NCBI RefSeq assembly: GCF_963921235.1
Contig: NC_086097.1
Coordinates: 9,486,001 to 9,550,000, forward strand
Direction of reading: 5' to 3'
Length of the DNA: 64,000 nucleotides
From: Mobula hypostoma
Lineage: Eukaryota
Shown here: piece by piece, positions 51,541 through 63,502 of the stretch
Numbering within the stretch: position 1 is the first letter of the stretch
Layout: the number at the start of each line of letters is the position of its first letter
The notes under the pieces: model-generated
Told to the model about the DNA's origin: nothing
The model's database searches: none
Seen by the model: only the letters and a program-made list of their open reading frames with translations
Made by a program: the position numbers and the translations under genes

Positions 51541-52400
51541 TTGAACCGGAATGGGAATGGAAAGTGGAATTAAAATGGATGGCCACTGGGAGATCCCACT
51601 TCTTCTGGTGGATGGAGCGTAGGTGCTCAGTGAAACGGTCTCCCAATCTACGTTGGGTCTCACCGATATACAGGAGTCCACACCAGACTCCAGGCACAGT
51701 ATATGACCCAACAGACTCACAGGCGAAGTGTCGTTTCACCTGAAAGTACTGTTTGGGGCCCTGAATGATAGTGAGAGAGGAGACGTAGGGGCAGGTGTAG
51801 CACTTGTTCCACTTCATTCACCAGAAGCAGGATCTCCTATTTTAATTCCACTTCCCATTCTTATTCTGATGTGTCAATTCATAGCCTCCTCTACTGTCAC
51901 AGTGAGGCCACACGCAGGTGGGAGAAACAACACCATATATCCTATCTGGGTAGCCTCCAACCTGATGGCGTGAACATCAATTTCTTGAACTTTTGGTAAT
52001 AGCCATCCCCCACCACCACCCCATCCTCTCCTTCACCAGTCCCCATCCCCTTTTCCCTCTCTCAGCTTATCTCCGTACCTGCCCATCACCTCCCTCTGGT
52101 GTGCCTCTCCCTTTTCTTTCTTCCATGGCCTTCTAGCTCAACCAATAACACTCCCCCTTCTCCAGCCCTGTATCTCTTTCACCAATCAACTTCACTGCTA
52201 TTTCCTCCATCCTTCCCCCTCCCAGTTTCATCTATCACCTTGTGTTTCTCTCTCCCCTACCCTAACTTCTAAATCTGCTACTCATCCTTCTTCTTCTCCA
52301 GTCCTGCTGAAGGGTCTTGGCCCGAAACGTTGACTGTACTTTTTTCCATATATGCTTCCTGGCCCGCTGAGTTCCTCCAGCATTTTGTGTGTGTTGTCCA
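51541..52400. mobile_element. Penelope-like element with an inverted junction (minus 51541-51815, plus 51815-52400)
   Basis: Minus strand KCYTCP..CGLLYIGETQRRLGDRFTEHLRS..HFNS. The plus part ends in a mutated hammerhead (CTGCTGA..CCCGAAACGTTGACTG). Nested within V-SINE and Rex1 pieces. Confidence 0.85.
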
Positions 52401-52699
52401 AACATCAGGCTCTTTTGCTTCAATATGCTGTGGCATCTGGATCCAACAATTTATAATGGTCAAACAACCTACAACTGTGGGAGGAAACCGGAACACCCAG
52501 AGGAAACCCTTGCGATCATGGGGAGAATATATAAACTCCTAACAGACTGTGGTAGGTACCGAACCCCGGGTTGCTGGCACTGTAAGGCATTGTGCTAACC
52601 ATTGCACTACTATCTGCCCATTTCTTCTATCACCTTCTGCAACCAACTTCAGAGTGGAATAAAACAGACCTCAGATCTCGTATAAACTTCTTACACCTC

Positions 52700-53320
52700 A
52701 CCTTAAAAACCCTCACTTTATTTACAGACGCTCCCGTGCCTAGCATCATTTTATGGGCATATAATCAATCTACATATATAAGCAAATTTTGTATTTATAT
52801 TTATTGTGTTTAATTTATTATAGTTGTGTTCTTTATCTTATTGTGTTTTTTTGTGTTGCATCGTATCTGGAGTAACTATTATTTCATTTTATTTTACACT
52901 TATGAATTGGAAATCACATTAATCAATCCTGAGGAGCGTTGCCTCAAAAAGGCGATGTCCATCACTAAGAACCCCTTCACGCTGGACATGCTCTCTTCTC
53001 ATTTCTATCGTCAGGAAGGAGGTACAGAAGCCTGAAGGCACACACTCAGTGGGAATAGCTTCTTCCCTCTGCCATCCGATTTCTGAATGGACATTGAACC
53101 CATGAACATGACCTCACTACTTCTTTTACTTCTGTTGTTTGCACTTCTTATATCATTTAACCATGTTATATAGATGTATACTATAATGCACAGTTCTTTT
53201 TTGCTCTATTGTTATGTATTGCATTGTACTGCTGCTGCAAAGTTAACAAATTTCATGACATATGCCGGTGATATTAAACCTGTTTTTGATTTTGATTCTA
53301 ATTCTGAATCTTGAATCTCA
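52700..53320 (+). mobile_element. Rex1/Babar-like 3' fragments
   Basis: RCLKKAMSITKNP..GRRYRSL-like, with tail TTTCATGACATATGCCGGTGATATTAAACCTG. Confidence 0.7.
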
Positions 53321-53659
53321 GCCGAAGCTCTTAGATGGCACTGCTGTTTGCAAAAATTCCTTACCATCAGTCCCATCTAGGCTCTCATAATTTTGTATAT
53401 CTCTATCATGTCTGTTCTTAGGCTCCTCTGCTCCAGGGAAAGGAAAGCAGACTGTCCAGTTTATCCTCAAGCAACATCCAGGTGATCCTGGCACTCTTTC
53501 TGTTGTAATCATGCCCACCTTGATCAATAATTAAAATATAAAGTTAAAATAATACATGATGTTATAAATAAAAGTAAAAAAAATGCAAGGCATACTGGAC
53601 AGTTCAGGTGGCATCCAATTTCAGGTCAGTATCCTTTCATGAGAATTAGGAGCAGTCAG

Positions 53660-54230
53660 AAGTGAAACAATAGCCAACGCTTCAGGCTGAGACACTTCAC
53701 ATGGTCTCAGCACAAAACTTCAGCTGTTTATTCATTTCCACCGATACTGCCTGACCTGCTGAGTTCCTCCAGAATTTTGTATGTGTTACTCTAGATTTCC
53801 AGCATTTCAGAGATGAAACAAGCTCTCACAACAGTGAAAAGATGAGAATGGAAAGGAAAGGTCTGACTTAGACTGGAGGACAGGATTGATTAAATGACAA
53901 AACAGATAATGTTGCTCGTGCTAATCTCTCTGTCCTTATCCTCCTACACTAGTTCAATCAATTTTGAATTAAGCTTGAAAAATAGTACTTCCAACTTTGG
54001 CTGTAACATTTCAAACTGCTGCTTTCAAAACTGAATTTACCAATTTTAGACACAAGAAGTTTTGTAGATGATAGAAATCCGGAGTAGCACACGTGAAAAG
54101 CTGGAGGAACGCAGCAAGTGAAGCTGCATCTATGGAAAGGAATGAACAGGCGACTATTCAGGCCGAGACCCTTTGTCAGGCTAGTCCAGACGAAGGATCT
54201 CAGCCCAAAATGTCCATTGTTTATTCCTTA
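53660..54230. mobile_element. Two degraded Penelope fold-back mini-elements (about 53660-53810 and 54050-54230)
   Basis: Decayed GGCTGAGAC..GGTCTCAGC palindromes and CCTGACCTGCTGAGTTCCTCCAG; also CCCTTTGTCAGGCTAGTCCAGACGAAGGATCTCAGCCC. Confidence 0.65.
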
Positions 54231-54289
54231 CCAATTATAAGTCAGGTGCAGCTGCTAATCGACAACGCATGCTGTGTAAGGCAAGTGCC

Positions 54290-54497
54290 TACATCACCAG
54301 GCAAGTTCAAACATGGAAACCCTCGGGATAGCGAGGAAGGTCGGCCAAAGAACCCTTATGATGTGACCTTGAAGCTGACACCAAGAAAATGGGGTCCACC
54401 TGGGGACAACTTGAAAGCTTAGCCAGGACAGGGGACTCTGGTGAACTGCTGTCAGCAGCCTTTGCCCCAGTAGGGGTGATGAGCTCAAGTAAGTACA
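54290..54497 (+). mobile_element. RTE-clade LINE 3' end (related copy at about 59520-59660)
   Basis: Approximate translation GRPKN..DLEADTKKMGSTWGQLE..QDRGLW..LCPSRG, with tail CAAGTAAGTA. Confidence 0.65.
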
Positions 54498-54959
54498 ACT
54501 GGTGACAGCAATCTTCCCAGCAAGGTGGAGATTGGACAATACTTGCTTAAGTCTGTCCCGGAGCCTGCACTGCTGTAAATTATAAGTTGTTTTTACGTGA
54601 GTAAATTCGATGGAGTATCCTTCACTCACTGATGCATTTCTCTCAGGAGATCCTCTGCTTCAAGCAATGATTTGCCATCCCTGTTACATCTCCTCTTGAT
54701 GTCTTTCTACCCTATCACCATCTCTTTTCGGCTTTCTCTCTCAATCCTTTCATCAACTCTGCATTCACCCAATCAAAATTCAAAGTAGATCAGCATATAC
54801 TACCCTGAGATTCATTTTCTTGTGGGCATTCACAGTAAATCCAAAAACCACAATAGAGTCAGCTGAAGACTACACTCAACAGGACACTCGAACAACTAAT
54901 GTGCAAAAGATAACAAACAGTGCAAATACAAAATAAAAAAAAAAGCAATAAATATCAAG

Positions 54960-55195
54960 AACAGTGGTGAATATGTGGAATTCGTTGTCACAGGAGGCTG
55001 CGGAGGCTAAGTCTTTAATTATATTTAAGGCAGAGGTTGATAGATTCTTGATTGGTCAGGCAATGAAGGGATACGGGGGAAAGGCAGGAGATTGGGGCCA
55101 AGAGGAGAAATGGATCAGCTGTGATGAAATGGTGGAGTAGACTTGATGGGCCAAATGGCCTGATTCTGCTCCTATATCTTATGGTCCTACAGTCT
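54960..55195 (+). mobile_element. CR1 3' end inserted in a Rex1-like 3' fragment
   Basis: VVNMWNSLSQEAAEAKSLIIFKAEVDRFL; tail CTCCTATATCTTATGG. Confidence 0.8.
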
Positions 55196-55829
55196 AATAT
55201 GAGATGAAGAGTCCTTGTAAGAGATGCCAGAGGTTGTGGGATCAGTTCAGTGAAGTTGAGTGAAGTTATTCTCTCTGGTTCAAGACCCTAATGGTTTGGG
55301 GGTGATAAACTTCCTAAACCTGGTTGGATCCTGAGGTTCCTCCAGCACTTTCCTGATGACAGCTGTGAGAAGACAGCATGGCCTGGATAGTGGGAGTCCT
55401 TGACAATGGATGCTCATTTCCTCGCCTGTCTGCTTTCTCTACTTTGAAAGCAAACTCCTGACTTTTCTCAGATCTGATGGAAAGTCATCGACCTGAGACA
55501 TCAGCTCTTTCTCTCTCTTCACGTACAGTGTGACCTGTTCAGTAGTCCTGGTATTTTCTGGTTTAAGTTTTGCACCCAGTTCAGTGTGGAGTGGGAGCCA
55601 CGAACATAACCATGTGTATTAGAAGTTAGACTAGGCTATTCAGCTACTTGAGACTGCACTGCCACATAACGTTCATTGTCTACTGATGGCTGTCTCAAAT
55701 CCATATTCCTAACCTGTTCCTACACAAAACATTACTATCCAAAGGCTCTGTGTCCACCACTGTTTAGGGAAGGAGTTCCAAAATTTCTTCATCTTCTAAT
55801 AAAATGTTTTAATAAGTTTTATAATTGTC

Positions 55830-56210
55830 AATTATCATCATTACATGTCATGCCGTAAGATATGGTTGAATATGGACTTTCTATGACCATGATTGTTCTT
55901 GGCAATTTTTCCTGCAGAAGTGGTTTGCCATTGCCTTCTCCTGGGTAGTGTCTTTACAAGACGGGTGATCCCATTTATTATCAATACTCTTCAGAGATTG
56001 TCTGCCTGGAATCAATGGTCGCATAGCCAGGACTTGTGATATGTACCAGCTGCTCATACGACCACGTGTCGCCTGCTCTCATGGCTTCACGTGACCCTGA
56101 TCGGGGGGACAAAGCAGGTGCTACACCTTACCCAAGGGTGACCTGCCGGCTAGCAGAGGGAAGGAGCACCTTACACCTCCTTCAGTAGAGACGTATCTCC
56201 ACCCTACCAA
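55830..56210 (-). mobile_element. SINE-like element with an RTE/BovB-type tail
   Basis: GAAGTGGTTTGCCATTGCCTTCT motif, typical of RTE-derived tails. Confidence 0.5.
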
Positions 56211-56776
56211 CCGTTTGGCAATCAGTTACTTTTACACATTGATTTCTAATTTTGAATTCTCCCACAAGAGGGAATATACTTTATCATCTACCTTTTAAAC
56301 CCTTCAGAATCTTAAATGTGCTAATCAAGTTTCCATATACTCTTCCAAACTTCCAGCAGGTATCAGCATCATTTGTCCAACTTTTGCTAAAAGAACAATA
56401 CAGATATTAAGTCTATTAAGCCTTCCTTGAACTGCTTCTAACAGAGTTACATCCTTTCTTAAATAGGGAGATTAATAGTACGTACAGCATTCCAGATGTG
56501 CCTTCATCGGTGCCATTATCCTTTGTGTTTAATATATGAATGAAAATATTCTGTTGGCTTCCCTAAATATTTGCACTACTTGCGTACCAATCTTTTGCAA
56601 ATTGTGCAGAGAACATTTGGATCTTTCTACTTTTCAGAATTCTTCACTCAATCAATATTTATGTATGCTTGTTTTTCTAAAATAACATTTCTGCCCAAAA
56701 TGGACACATTCACGCAACACACATCAAAGTTGCTGGTGAATGCAGCAGGCCAGGCAGCATCTATAGGAAGAGGTGC

Positions 56777-56812
56777 AGTCGACGTTTCAGGCCGAGACCC
56801 TTCGTCAGGACT
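56777..56812 (-). ncRNA. Minimal hammerhead ribozyme motif
   Basis: Minus strand AGUC-CUGACGA-A-GGGU(CUCG)GCCU-GAAA-CG-UC-GACU. Confidence 0.8.
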
Positions 56813-57107
56813 AACTGAAGGAAGAGTGAGTAAGGGATTTGAAAGCTGGAGGGGGAGGGGGAGATGCAAAATGATAGGAGAAGACAGGAGGGGGAGGGAT
56901 AGAGCCGAGAGCTGGACAGGTGATAGGCAAAAGGGGATACGAGAGGATCATGGGACAGGAGGTCCGGGAAGAAAGACGGGGGGGGGGGGTGACCCAGAGG
57001 ATGGGCAAGAGGTATATTCAGAGGGACAGAGGGAGAAAAAGGAGAGTGAGAGAAAGAATGTGTGCATAAAAATGAGTAACAGATGGGGTACGAGGGGGAG
57101 GTGGGGC

Positions 57108-57530
57108 CTAGCGGAAGTTAGAGAAGTCAATGTTCATGCCATCAGGTTGGAGGCTACCCAGACAGAATATAAGGTGTTGTTCCTCCAACCTGAGTGTGGC
57201 TTCATCTTTACAGTAGAGGAGGCCGTGGATAGACATGTCAGAATGGGAATGGGATGTGGAATTAAAATGTGTGGCCACTGGGTGATCCTGCTTTCTCTGG
57301 CGGACAGAGCGTAGATGTTCAGCAAAGCGGTCTCCCAGTCTGCATCGGGTCTCACCAATATATAAAAGGCCACATCGGGAGCACCGGACGCAGTATATCA
57401 CCCCAGTCGACTCACAGGTGAAGTGATGCCTCACCTGGAAGGACTGTTTGGGGCCCTGAATGGTGGTGAGGGAGGAAGTGTAAGGGCATGTGTAGCACTT
57501 GTTCCGCTTACACGGATAAGTGCCAGGAGG
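57108..57530 (-). pseudogene. Penelope GIY-YIG endonuclease domain with upstream Cys-rich linker (5'-truncated; RT absent)
   Basis: PGTYPCKRNKCYTCP...FTCESTGVIYCVRCSRCGLLYIGETRCRLGDRFAEH..HFNSTSH..LEEQHLI..LQPDGMN. Confidence 0.9.
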
Positions 57531-58023
57531 GAGATCAGTGGGGAGGGATGGGGGGGACGAATGGACAAGGGAGTTGTGTAGAGAGCGATCCAGGCGGAAT
57601 GCAGAGAAAGGCCTCCTCTACTGTAAAGATGAAGGCACACTCAGGTTGGAGGAACAACACCTTATATTCCGTCTGGGTAGCCTCCAACCTGATGGCATGA
57701 ACATTGACTTCTCTAACTTCCGCTAGGCCCCACCTCCCCCTCGTACCCCATCTGTTACTCATTTTTATGCACACATTCTTTCTCTCACTCTCCTTTTTCT
57801 CCCTCTGTCCCTCTGAATATACCTCTTGCCCATCCTCTGGGTCAACCCCCCCCACCTTGTCTTTCTCCCTAGGCCTCCTGTCCCATGATCCTCTCGTATC
57901 CCCTTTTGCCTATCACCTGTCCAGCTCTCGGCTCTATCCCTCCCCCTCCTGTCTTCTCCTATCATTTTGCATCTCCCCCTCCCCCTCCAGCTTTCAAATC
58001 CCTTACTCACTCTTCCTTCAGTT

Positions 58024-58059
58024 AGTCCTGACGAAGGGTCTCGGCCTGAAACGTCGACT
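58024..58059 (+). ncRNA. Minimal hammerhead ribozyme motif
   Basis: Identical to 28683-28718. Confidence 0.8.
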
Positions 58060-58719
58060 GCACCTCTTCCTATAGATGCTGCCTGGCCTGCTGCGTTCAC
58101 CAGCAACTTTGATGTGTGTTGCTTGAATTTCCAGCATCTGCAGAATTCCTGTTGTTTATGGACACATTCACATTAGCTGGATATATGTCCACTCTCTTAC
58201 CTATCAATATCCCCATGTGCTATTCTTATGTCACCTTCACAACTGAAGTCCATGACTATCATGACATCATCATTTTATTTGGCAATCATGACTTTGGTGT
58301 CTTCAGTCAAGTCATTTAAATAATCTGTAAAAAGTCAAAGGCCCAGAATCAATCCTTAGTATACAACTTGCTGCATCTTGCCAACCTGAATAGAAATATG
58401 TCTACTTGGTTAGCCAGCCAATCTTCTGCCCAAATCAGTATGTCAACCTCCTACAAAGGGACAGTAGTATGGAAATATTTGGGGGCTATTTACATATTGA
58501 TACGATTAAGGCATTGTAGAATTGTAAAGATATAATCACAAGAACAGGCCCTTCACCTCAGTGGTGCATGCTAACCAAGGTGCTCATTCAGGATGATCCC
58601 ATTTGGCTGCTTTTGGCCCATATTCTTCCAGATCATTCTTATTCATATACTGATCTAAATGTCTTTAAAAGTTATTATTGTACCTCCTTTAATTTCATCC
58701 TCTGGTACCTCATTTGCTC

Positions 58720-59020
58720 TGTGTGCAGCTCCCTGAGATAATTTCCCATCGAAGGAGTTTGTACCTTTTCCCCATGACTGCATGAGTTTCCTCCTGGTGC
58801 TTCAGTTCCTTCCCACGGTCCGAAGATGTACCAGTTAGAAGGTTAATCGGTCATTGTAAATGGTCCCATGATTACACTAGGATTAAATCAGGGGATTACT
58901 GGGCGGCGTGGCTGAAAGAGCTGGAAGGGTCTATTCCTTGCTGTATCTCAATAAATACATAAGTAAATAAATAAAAGGATAAATGATTAAACAAATAAAT
59001 AGATAGATAAATAAATAAGT
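58720..59020 (+). mobile_element. HE1/V-SINE-like SINE with an (AAAT/AGAT)n tail
   Basis: TTCCCACGGTCCGAAGA..GGTTAATCGGTCATTGTAAATGG..CTGTATCTCAATAAATA followed by tetranucleotide repeats. Confidence 0.78.
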
Positions 59021-59310
59021 GTTGCCTTTCTAAAATTCTTTTTAGACCTTTCCTCTTTCACTTAAATCAACACATCCAGTTAATTAGGCAACAAGCCTTT
59101 CAAGTCTTGTACTTTTCTACATCTGCACACTTTCATTCAAACCTGTGCGTAGAAAGACCCAGCCATGATTCAGTTTTAATATTATTGGGCATATGTTAAG
59201 AATTAGCAAGCACACTGGGGAGTACTACCTCTTATCTACTCGAGGGATTACAAAGAGGTGTCTTTGCATTTTATCCTTTCAGAATTTTGCATGATTTGCT
59301 CCTTCTAAAC

Positions 59311-59390
59311 CAGGGGTCCATAACTATTTTTTATTCCATGGACCAATATCATTAACTGACAGGTCTGTGGACCTCAGGAAGGAAACCCCT
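59311..59390. mobile_element. hAT-type MITE
   Basis: CAGGGGTCC...GGAAACCCCT; internal sequence similar to 35491-35574; flanks TTCTAAAC/TTTTATAC. Confidence 0.6.
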
Positions 59391-60679
59391 TTTTATACAA
59401 CTCCACAATGGACAGTTCCAAGCCCAGCTGTGAAAAGAGGAGAGTTGGGTATAGGGCTCGTATCCCAATCCCATAAAGATTCAGAGTGACAGAAATGCCA
59501 ACTGAATCTCCAAAGACCACATCCCTAGGAGATAAAAGATCTTTGTCCAGATGGGCTACACATGTGGACAGCTTGAAAGACTAGCCTAGGAAGAGGACCT
59601 TGATGAACTGTTGTCAGCAGCCTATGCTCCAGTAGGGGTGATGGGCTCTCAGTAAGTATGTAACTACATGTGAACCGCTCATGATCGTTGATTACCTTCA
59701 TGGCTTGGGGAGTCTTGTGCACAGGTTTGCATCTGTGGTTTTCTGTATTACATCAACTGTAGCAGTTCAGAGGTACTTAAGCATGTTAGGATACCTTGAA
59801 CATCCTAGATGTTCGCTCAACTTCACTTTATACAGACTCACAGATATGCTTCCAAATTTGCAGAACTTTTTGTATATTCCCAGGATCAGTCACAATCTGG
59901 AGCCACTTTCCATTTGATACATTATATCTTTAATGGAAAACTGTAAATCAGATGGCTTTGAGAAATCCAATGCACTGCAACCCAGAGTTAGTTCTGCAAA
60001 TGATCTGTTAGAAGCACTCCTGCTATTCACTTAGCACGCTGCTATATAATTGTGCAGCCTGCTGGGCTTTGATGAGTCTTTAATTGCTAGCCATCCCCAG
60101 TATTCTTTCACTCCATCTTCTGTACCACATCTAGAAGGAAAGTAGCTTCACCATTTGTGTTATTAATGAATTGATTTAAGAAATAAAATCTACTCAAGTA
60201 CATCTGTTGTTGTCAGTTCTGGCACCGCTTTGCTGCGTCATTCAGTGTGTTTTGTGTTTTGCACAAATAATCATGGATCTGCATAATTATTTGAACAAGT
60301 CCGTGACAGCTGCTTGCTGCGCCTGTGCATTCACTGTTGACAGGATCTCTGAAAATCCGCGCGCTTCATTTAATGCTCCCCTGGATTCCCTGGTGGTTAA
60401 CAGCACATTGTTTATCCATCCCAACTGTTTCTGTACATACACACAATTAGCACTGCAATGTGCTAAAAGATCCCCCTCAGTCTCCTTGTACTGCATTTGT
60501 CGATGGGGGGATTTACTCAAAGGCACTTCTCCATCTAAGCTAAACAAATTATAATTAAAGATGATTATTTATTGCATTGCTCCTTGCTGGGCACAAATTT
60601 GCAATCCGAATCAGCTTTAAAATCAAAGTTTATTTAAAATGTAGGCACTGTTCTGACGCAGAAGAAATAGCAAGATCTT

Positions 60680-61745
60680 GAGAAGATTTGGTATGTCACC
60701 AGAGACTCTCAAAAACTTCAGTAGATGCACCGTGGAGATCATTCCACCAGGTTGCATCACCTCCTAGTACATAGGGGCATTGAAGAAAATCGACAAAAGC
60801 TGCAGGAAGCTGCAACCTCAGCCAGCTTCATCATGGGCACCATCCTCCCCAGTATCCAGGACACCTTCAAAAGAAATTGCCTCAAAAAGGCGGCATCCAT
60901 CATTATGAATCCCATCACCCAGAACATACCCTTTGCATGGAGGACAGTGACCGGCAGTGTTCTGCAGAGATCTGTTCTGGGACCCCTCTTCTTTGTGATT
61001 TTTATAAAAGACCTGGATGAGGAGGTAGAAGGGTGGGTTGGTGAGTTTGCAGATGACGCAAAAGTTGGGGGTGTTGTCGATAAGATGCAGAACTGGGCTG
61101 AGAAATGGCAGATGGAGTTCAACCCAGATAAGTGTGAAGTAGTTCATTTTGATAGGTCAAATTTGGAGACAAAATATAATATTAATGGTCAGACTCTTGG
61201 CAAAACAAAGGATCTGTAAGGCCTTAGGGTCTATATCCATAGGATATTCAAAGCTGCTGCGCAGATTGACAGTGTTGTTAAGTAGGAGTATGGTGCGATG
61301 GCCTTCATCAACCGTGGAATTAAGATCAAGAGCTGTGAGGTAATGTTAAAGCTATATGAGACCTTAGTTAGACCTCAGTTAGAGTCACCTTACAAGGATG
61401 TGGATACTATAGAGAGAGTGTAGTGGAGATTTACAAGGATGTTGCCTGGATTGGAGGGCATACCTTATGAGAATAGGTTGAGTAAACTTGGCCTTTTCTG
61501 CTTTGAGTGATGGAGGATGAGAGGTGACCTGATAGAGGTGCATAAGATGATAAGAGGCATTAATTGTGTGGATAGCCAAAGGCTTTTTTCCAGGGCTGAA
61601 ATGGCTAAAGGGCATAGTTTTAAAGTGCGTGGAAACAGGATATCAGAGGTAAATGTTACACACAGAGAGTGGTGGGTGCATGGAATGCACTGCCAACATT
61701 TTTTTAGAGGCAGATACAATAGGGTCTTTTAAGAGACTCTAAGAT
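60680..61745 (+). mobile_element. Rex1-like fragment (to about 60925) abutting a CR1 RT/3' fragment
   Basis: CLKKAASIIMNP, then SVLGPLFFVIFIKDLD..EFADDAKVGG..MEFNPDKCEVVHF and MRGDLIEVHK. Confidence 0.85.
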
Positions 61746-62186
61746 ACGTCAACTGTACTTTTTTCCATAGATGCTGCCTAGCCTGCTGAGTTCCTCCAGC
61801 ATTTTGTGTGTGATTTTACACTGTGGAGACAGTGGCTAGTGTTAATCATGTGAGTCCAAACTTCATTGCTAGTAACTGGAGAAAACCACATCCCTTTTGC
61901 TTGATAGGTTACACAGCTGAAATAAGAGGTTGGCTTCACACTTGTGCCTCTTGAGTTTTCTATTCCTGATCCAGGAACTGTTGTACAGGTCTTTAGGACA
62001 TCTGTTAAAATTAACAGTTTTTGTTTTTATTGTACCTCATGGAAATTTGTAATTCATAAAGCTTTAACGTTGGAGCAGTACATGGTGATAAATTAAAACT
62101 CTGGAAGCATACTGGGTTTTTGGACAGAGGCAACAAATGCCCACTAGGATATTGGGTTCTACCTGACAGCTTTTGCAGAGTGGATT

Positions 62187-62360
62187 CCAAGCAACACACA
62201 CAAAATACTGGAGGAACTCAGCAGGCAAGGCATCATCTGTGGAAAAGATGCAACCAACGTTTGGGCCGAGACCCTTCAGTGGGACTGTCCTGGCCTGCTA
62301 CGTTCCTCCAGCATTTTGTGTGCGTTGCTTGAATTTCCAGCATCTGCAGATTTTGTCTTG
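62187..62360. mobile_element. Degraded Penelope fold-back mini-element (another terminus at 61747-61812)
   Basis: AAGCAACACACACAAAATACTGGAGGAAC...GTTCCTCCAGCATTTTGTGTGCGTTGCTT, followed by the GAATTTCCAGCATCTGCAG tail. Confidence 0.75.
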
Positions 62361-63502
62361 GCAGAATGGGTTCCAATGGGTGGGAAACCTGCTTTTGTCA
62401 CTTTTATACCGTGAATACTTCTTATCATATCTGCCAAGAGATCTCCTGAAGGCCCAGGATGGGTATCAGAAGGGGTAATTGATCACGAAGCATTTTTCAT
62501 CCTCTGTTCCTAGAGTAACAGAAGACAGAGTGCAACGAGATAGAAGTTTGGACTTTTCTAAACCCTTGCAAGTCTGAAAGTCAAGACCTGGAAGTCAATG
62601 ACGCCGAGGGTGAATTCCTGACGCCTGTGAGTCTGAGAATCTGAGAATTGGGGCAGATGGACTTGAGGCCCAGAGGTGGCCTGTCCTAGGGCTGGAGCTC
62701 TGTCTGGGTGTGTGCTAGAAAGGGAGGCAGGTGTGGGATAAGGGCTTGTTTTGTTGTCTCGTGTTGCTGGTTACTTGTGGTGATCTGTGGAATGTTGTGG
62801 TATGCCACGTTGATGCCAAAATGTGTGATAACACTTGCAGGCTGCCTCCAGCGCATGCTTGGGTGTGTTGGCCCATTTCACTGTATATCTTGATGTCCAT
62901 GTGATAAATAATTTTCAAATCTGAAGTCTGCATTATAGTTACAAAGCATGACAGAATAGTTTGACATTGGGAACAGGCCATTTGACCCGTCAACTTTCTG
63001 CCAGCTCTTTGTAAAGTATTTGAATTGGACTCATTTCTCTGCACCTTTCCTCCCCTCAAGTGGTGATCCATTTTCTTTCTGAATGTTCTGAATTGATCTC
63101 ATGACTTTTGATGAAGTTGTTTCTCCATCATCTTCCTGTGGACATCGGTCTTCCTATTGGAACAGTTCTCTCATTGCCATTTGTTCCAAGTTAGCATGAA
63201 GCCTTGGCCTAGCATGCTTCCCATAGGTAGAAAGTATATACAGTTTTGATCACCTACCTACAGGAAAGATGTAAATAACGTTGAAAGAGTGCAGAGAAAA
63301 TTTACAAGGATGTTGCCAGGTCAGGAGAACCCAAGTTATAAGGAAAGATTGAATAGCTAAGGACTTTATTCCTTGAAAAGTAGCAGATTGAGAGGAGGTT
63401 TGATAGAGGTTATACAAAATTAAGAGGAGTATAGATAGGGTAAGTGCAAGCAAGCTTTTCCAGTGAGGTTGGGCAGGACTACAATGAGAGAGTTCATGAG
63501 TT

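Larger units (their letters stand above)
56714..58157. mobile_element. Young Neptune-type Penelope-like element, fold-back insertion
   Basis: Arms 56714-57224 and 57610-58122 (about 510 bp, few mismatches), 385-bp spacer and 35-nt tail. 14-bp TSD ATGGACACATTCAC at 56700-56713 and 58158-58171. Inserted in an old CR1. Confidence 0.95.

Noticed and set aside
56571..57314. 247-aa Gly/Arg-rich ORF
   Set aside because: Reads through the purine-rich inverted Penelope arm; no domain signature.
60207..60554. Overlapping ORFs on both strands in a unique island
   Set aside because: No recognisable protein family; more plausibly non-coding.
60725..61219. 164-aa ORF with RT motifs
   Set aside because: Accidental in-frame junction of Rex1-like and CR1 fragments.
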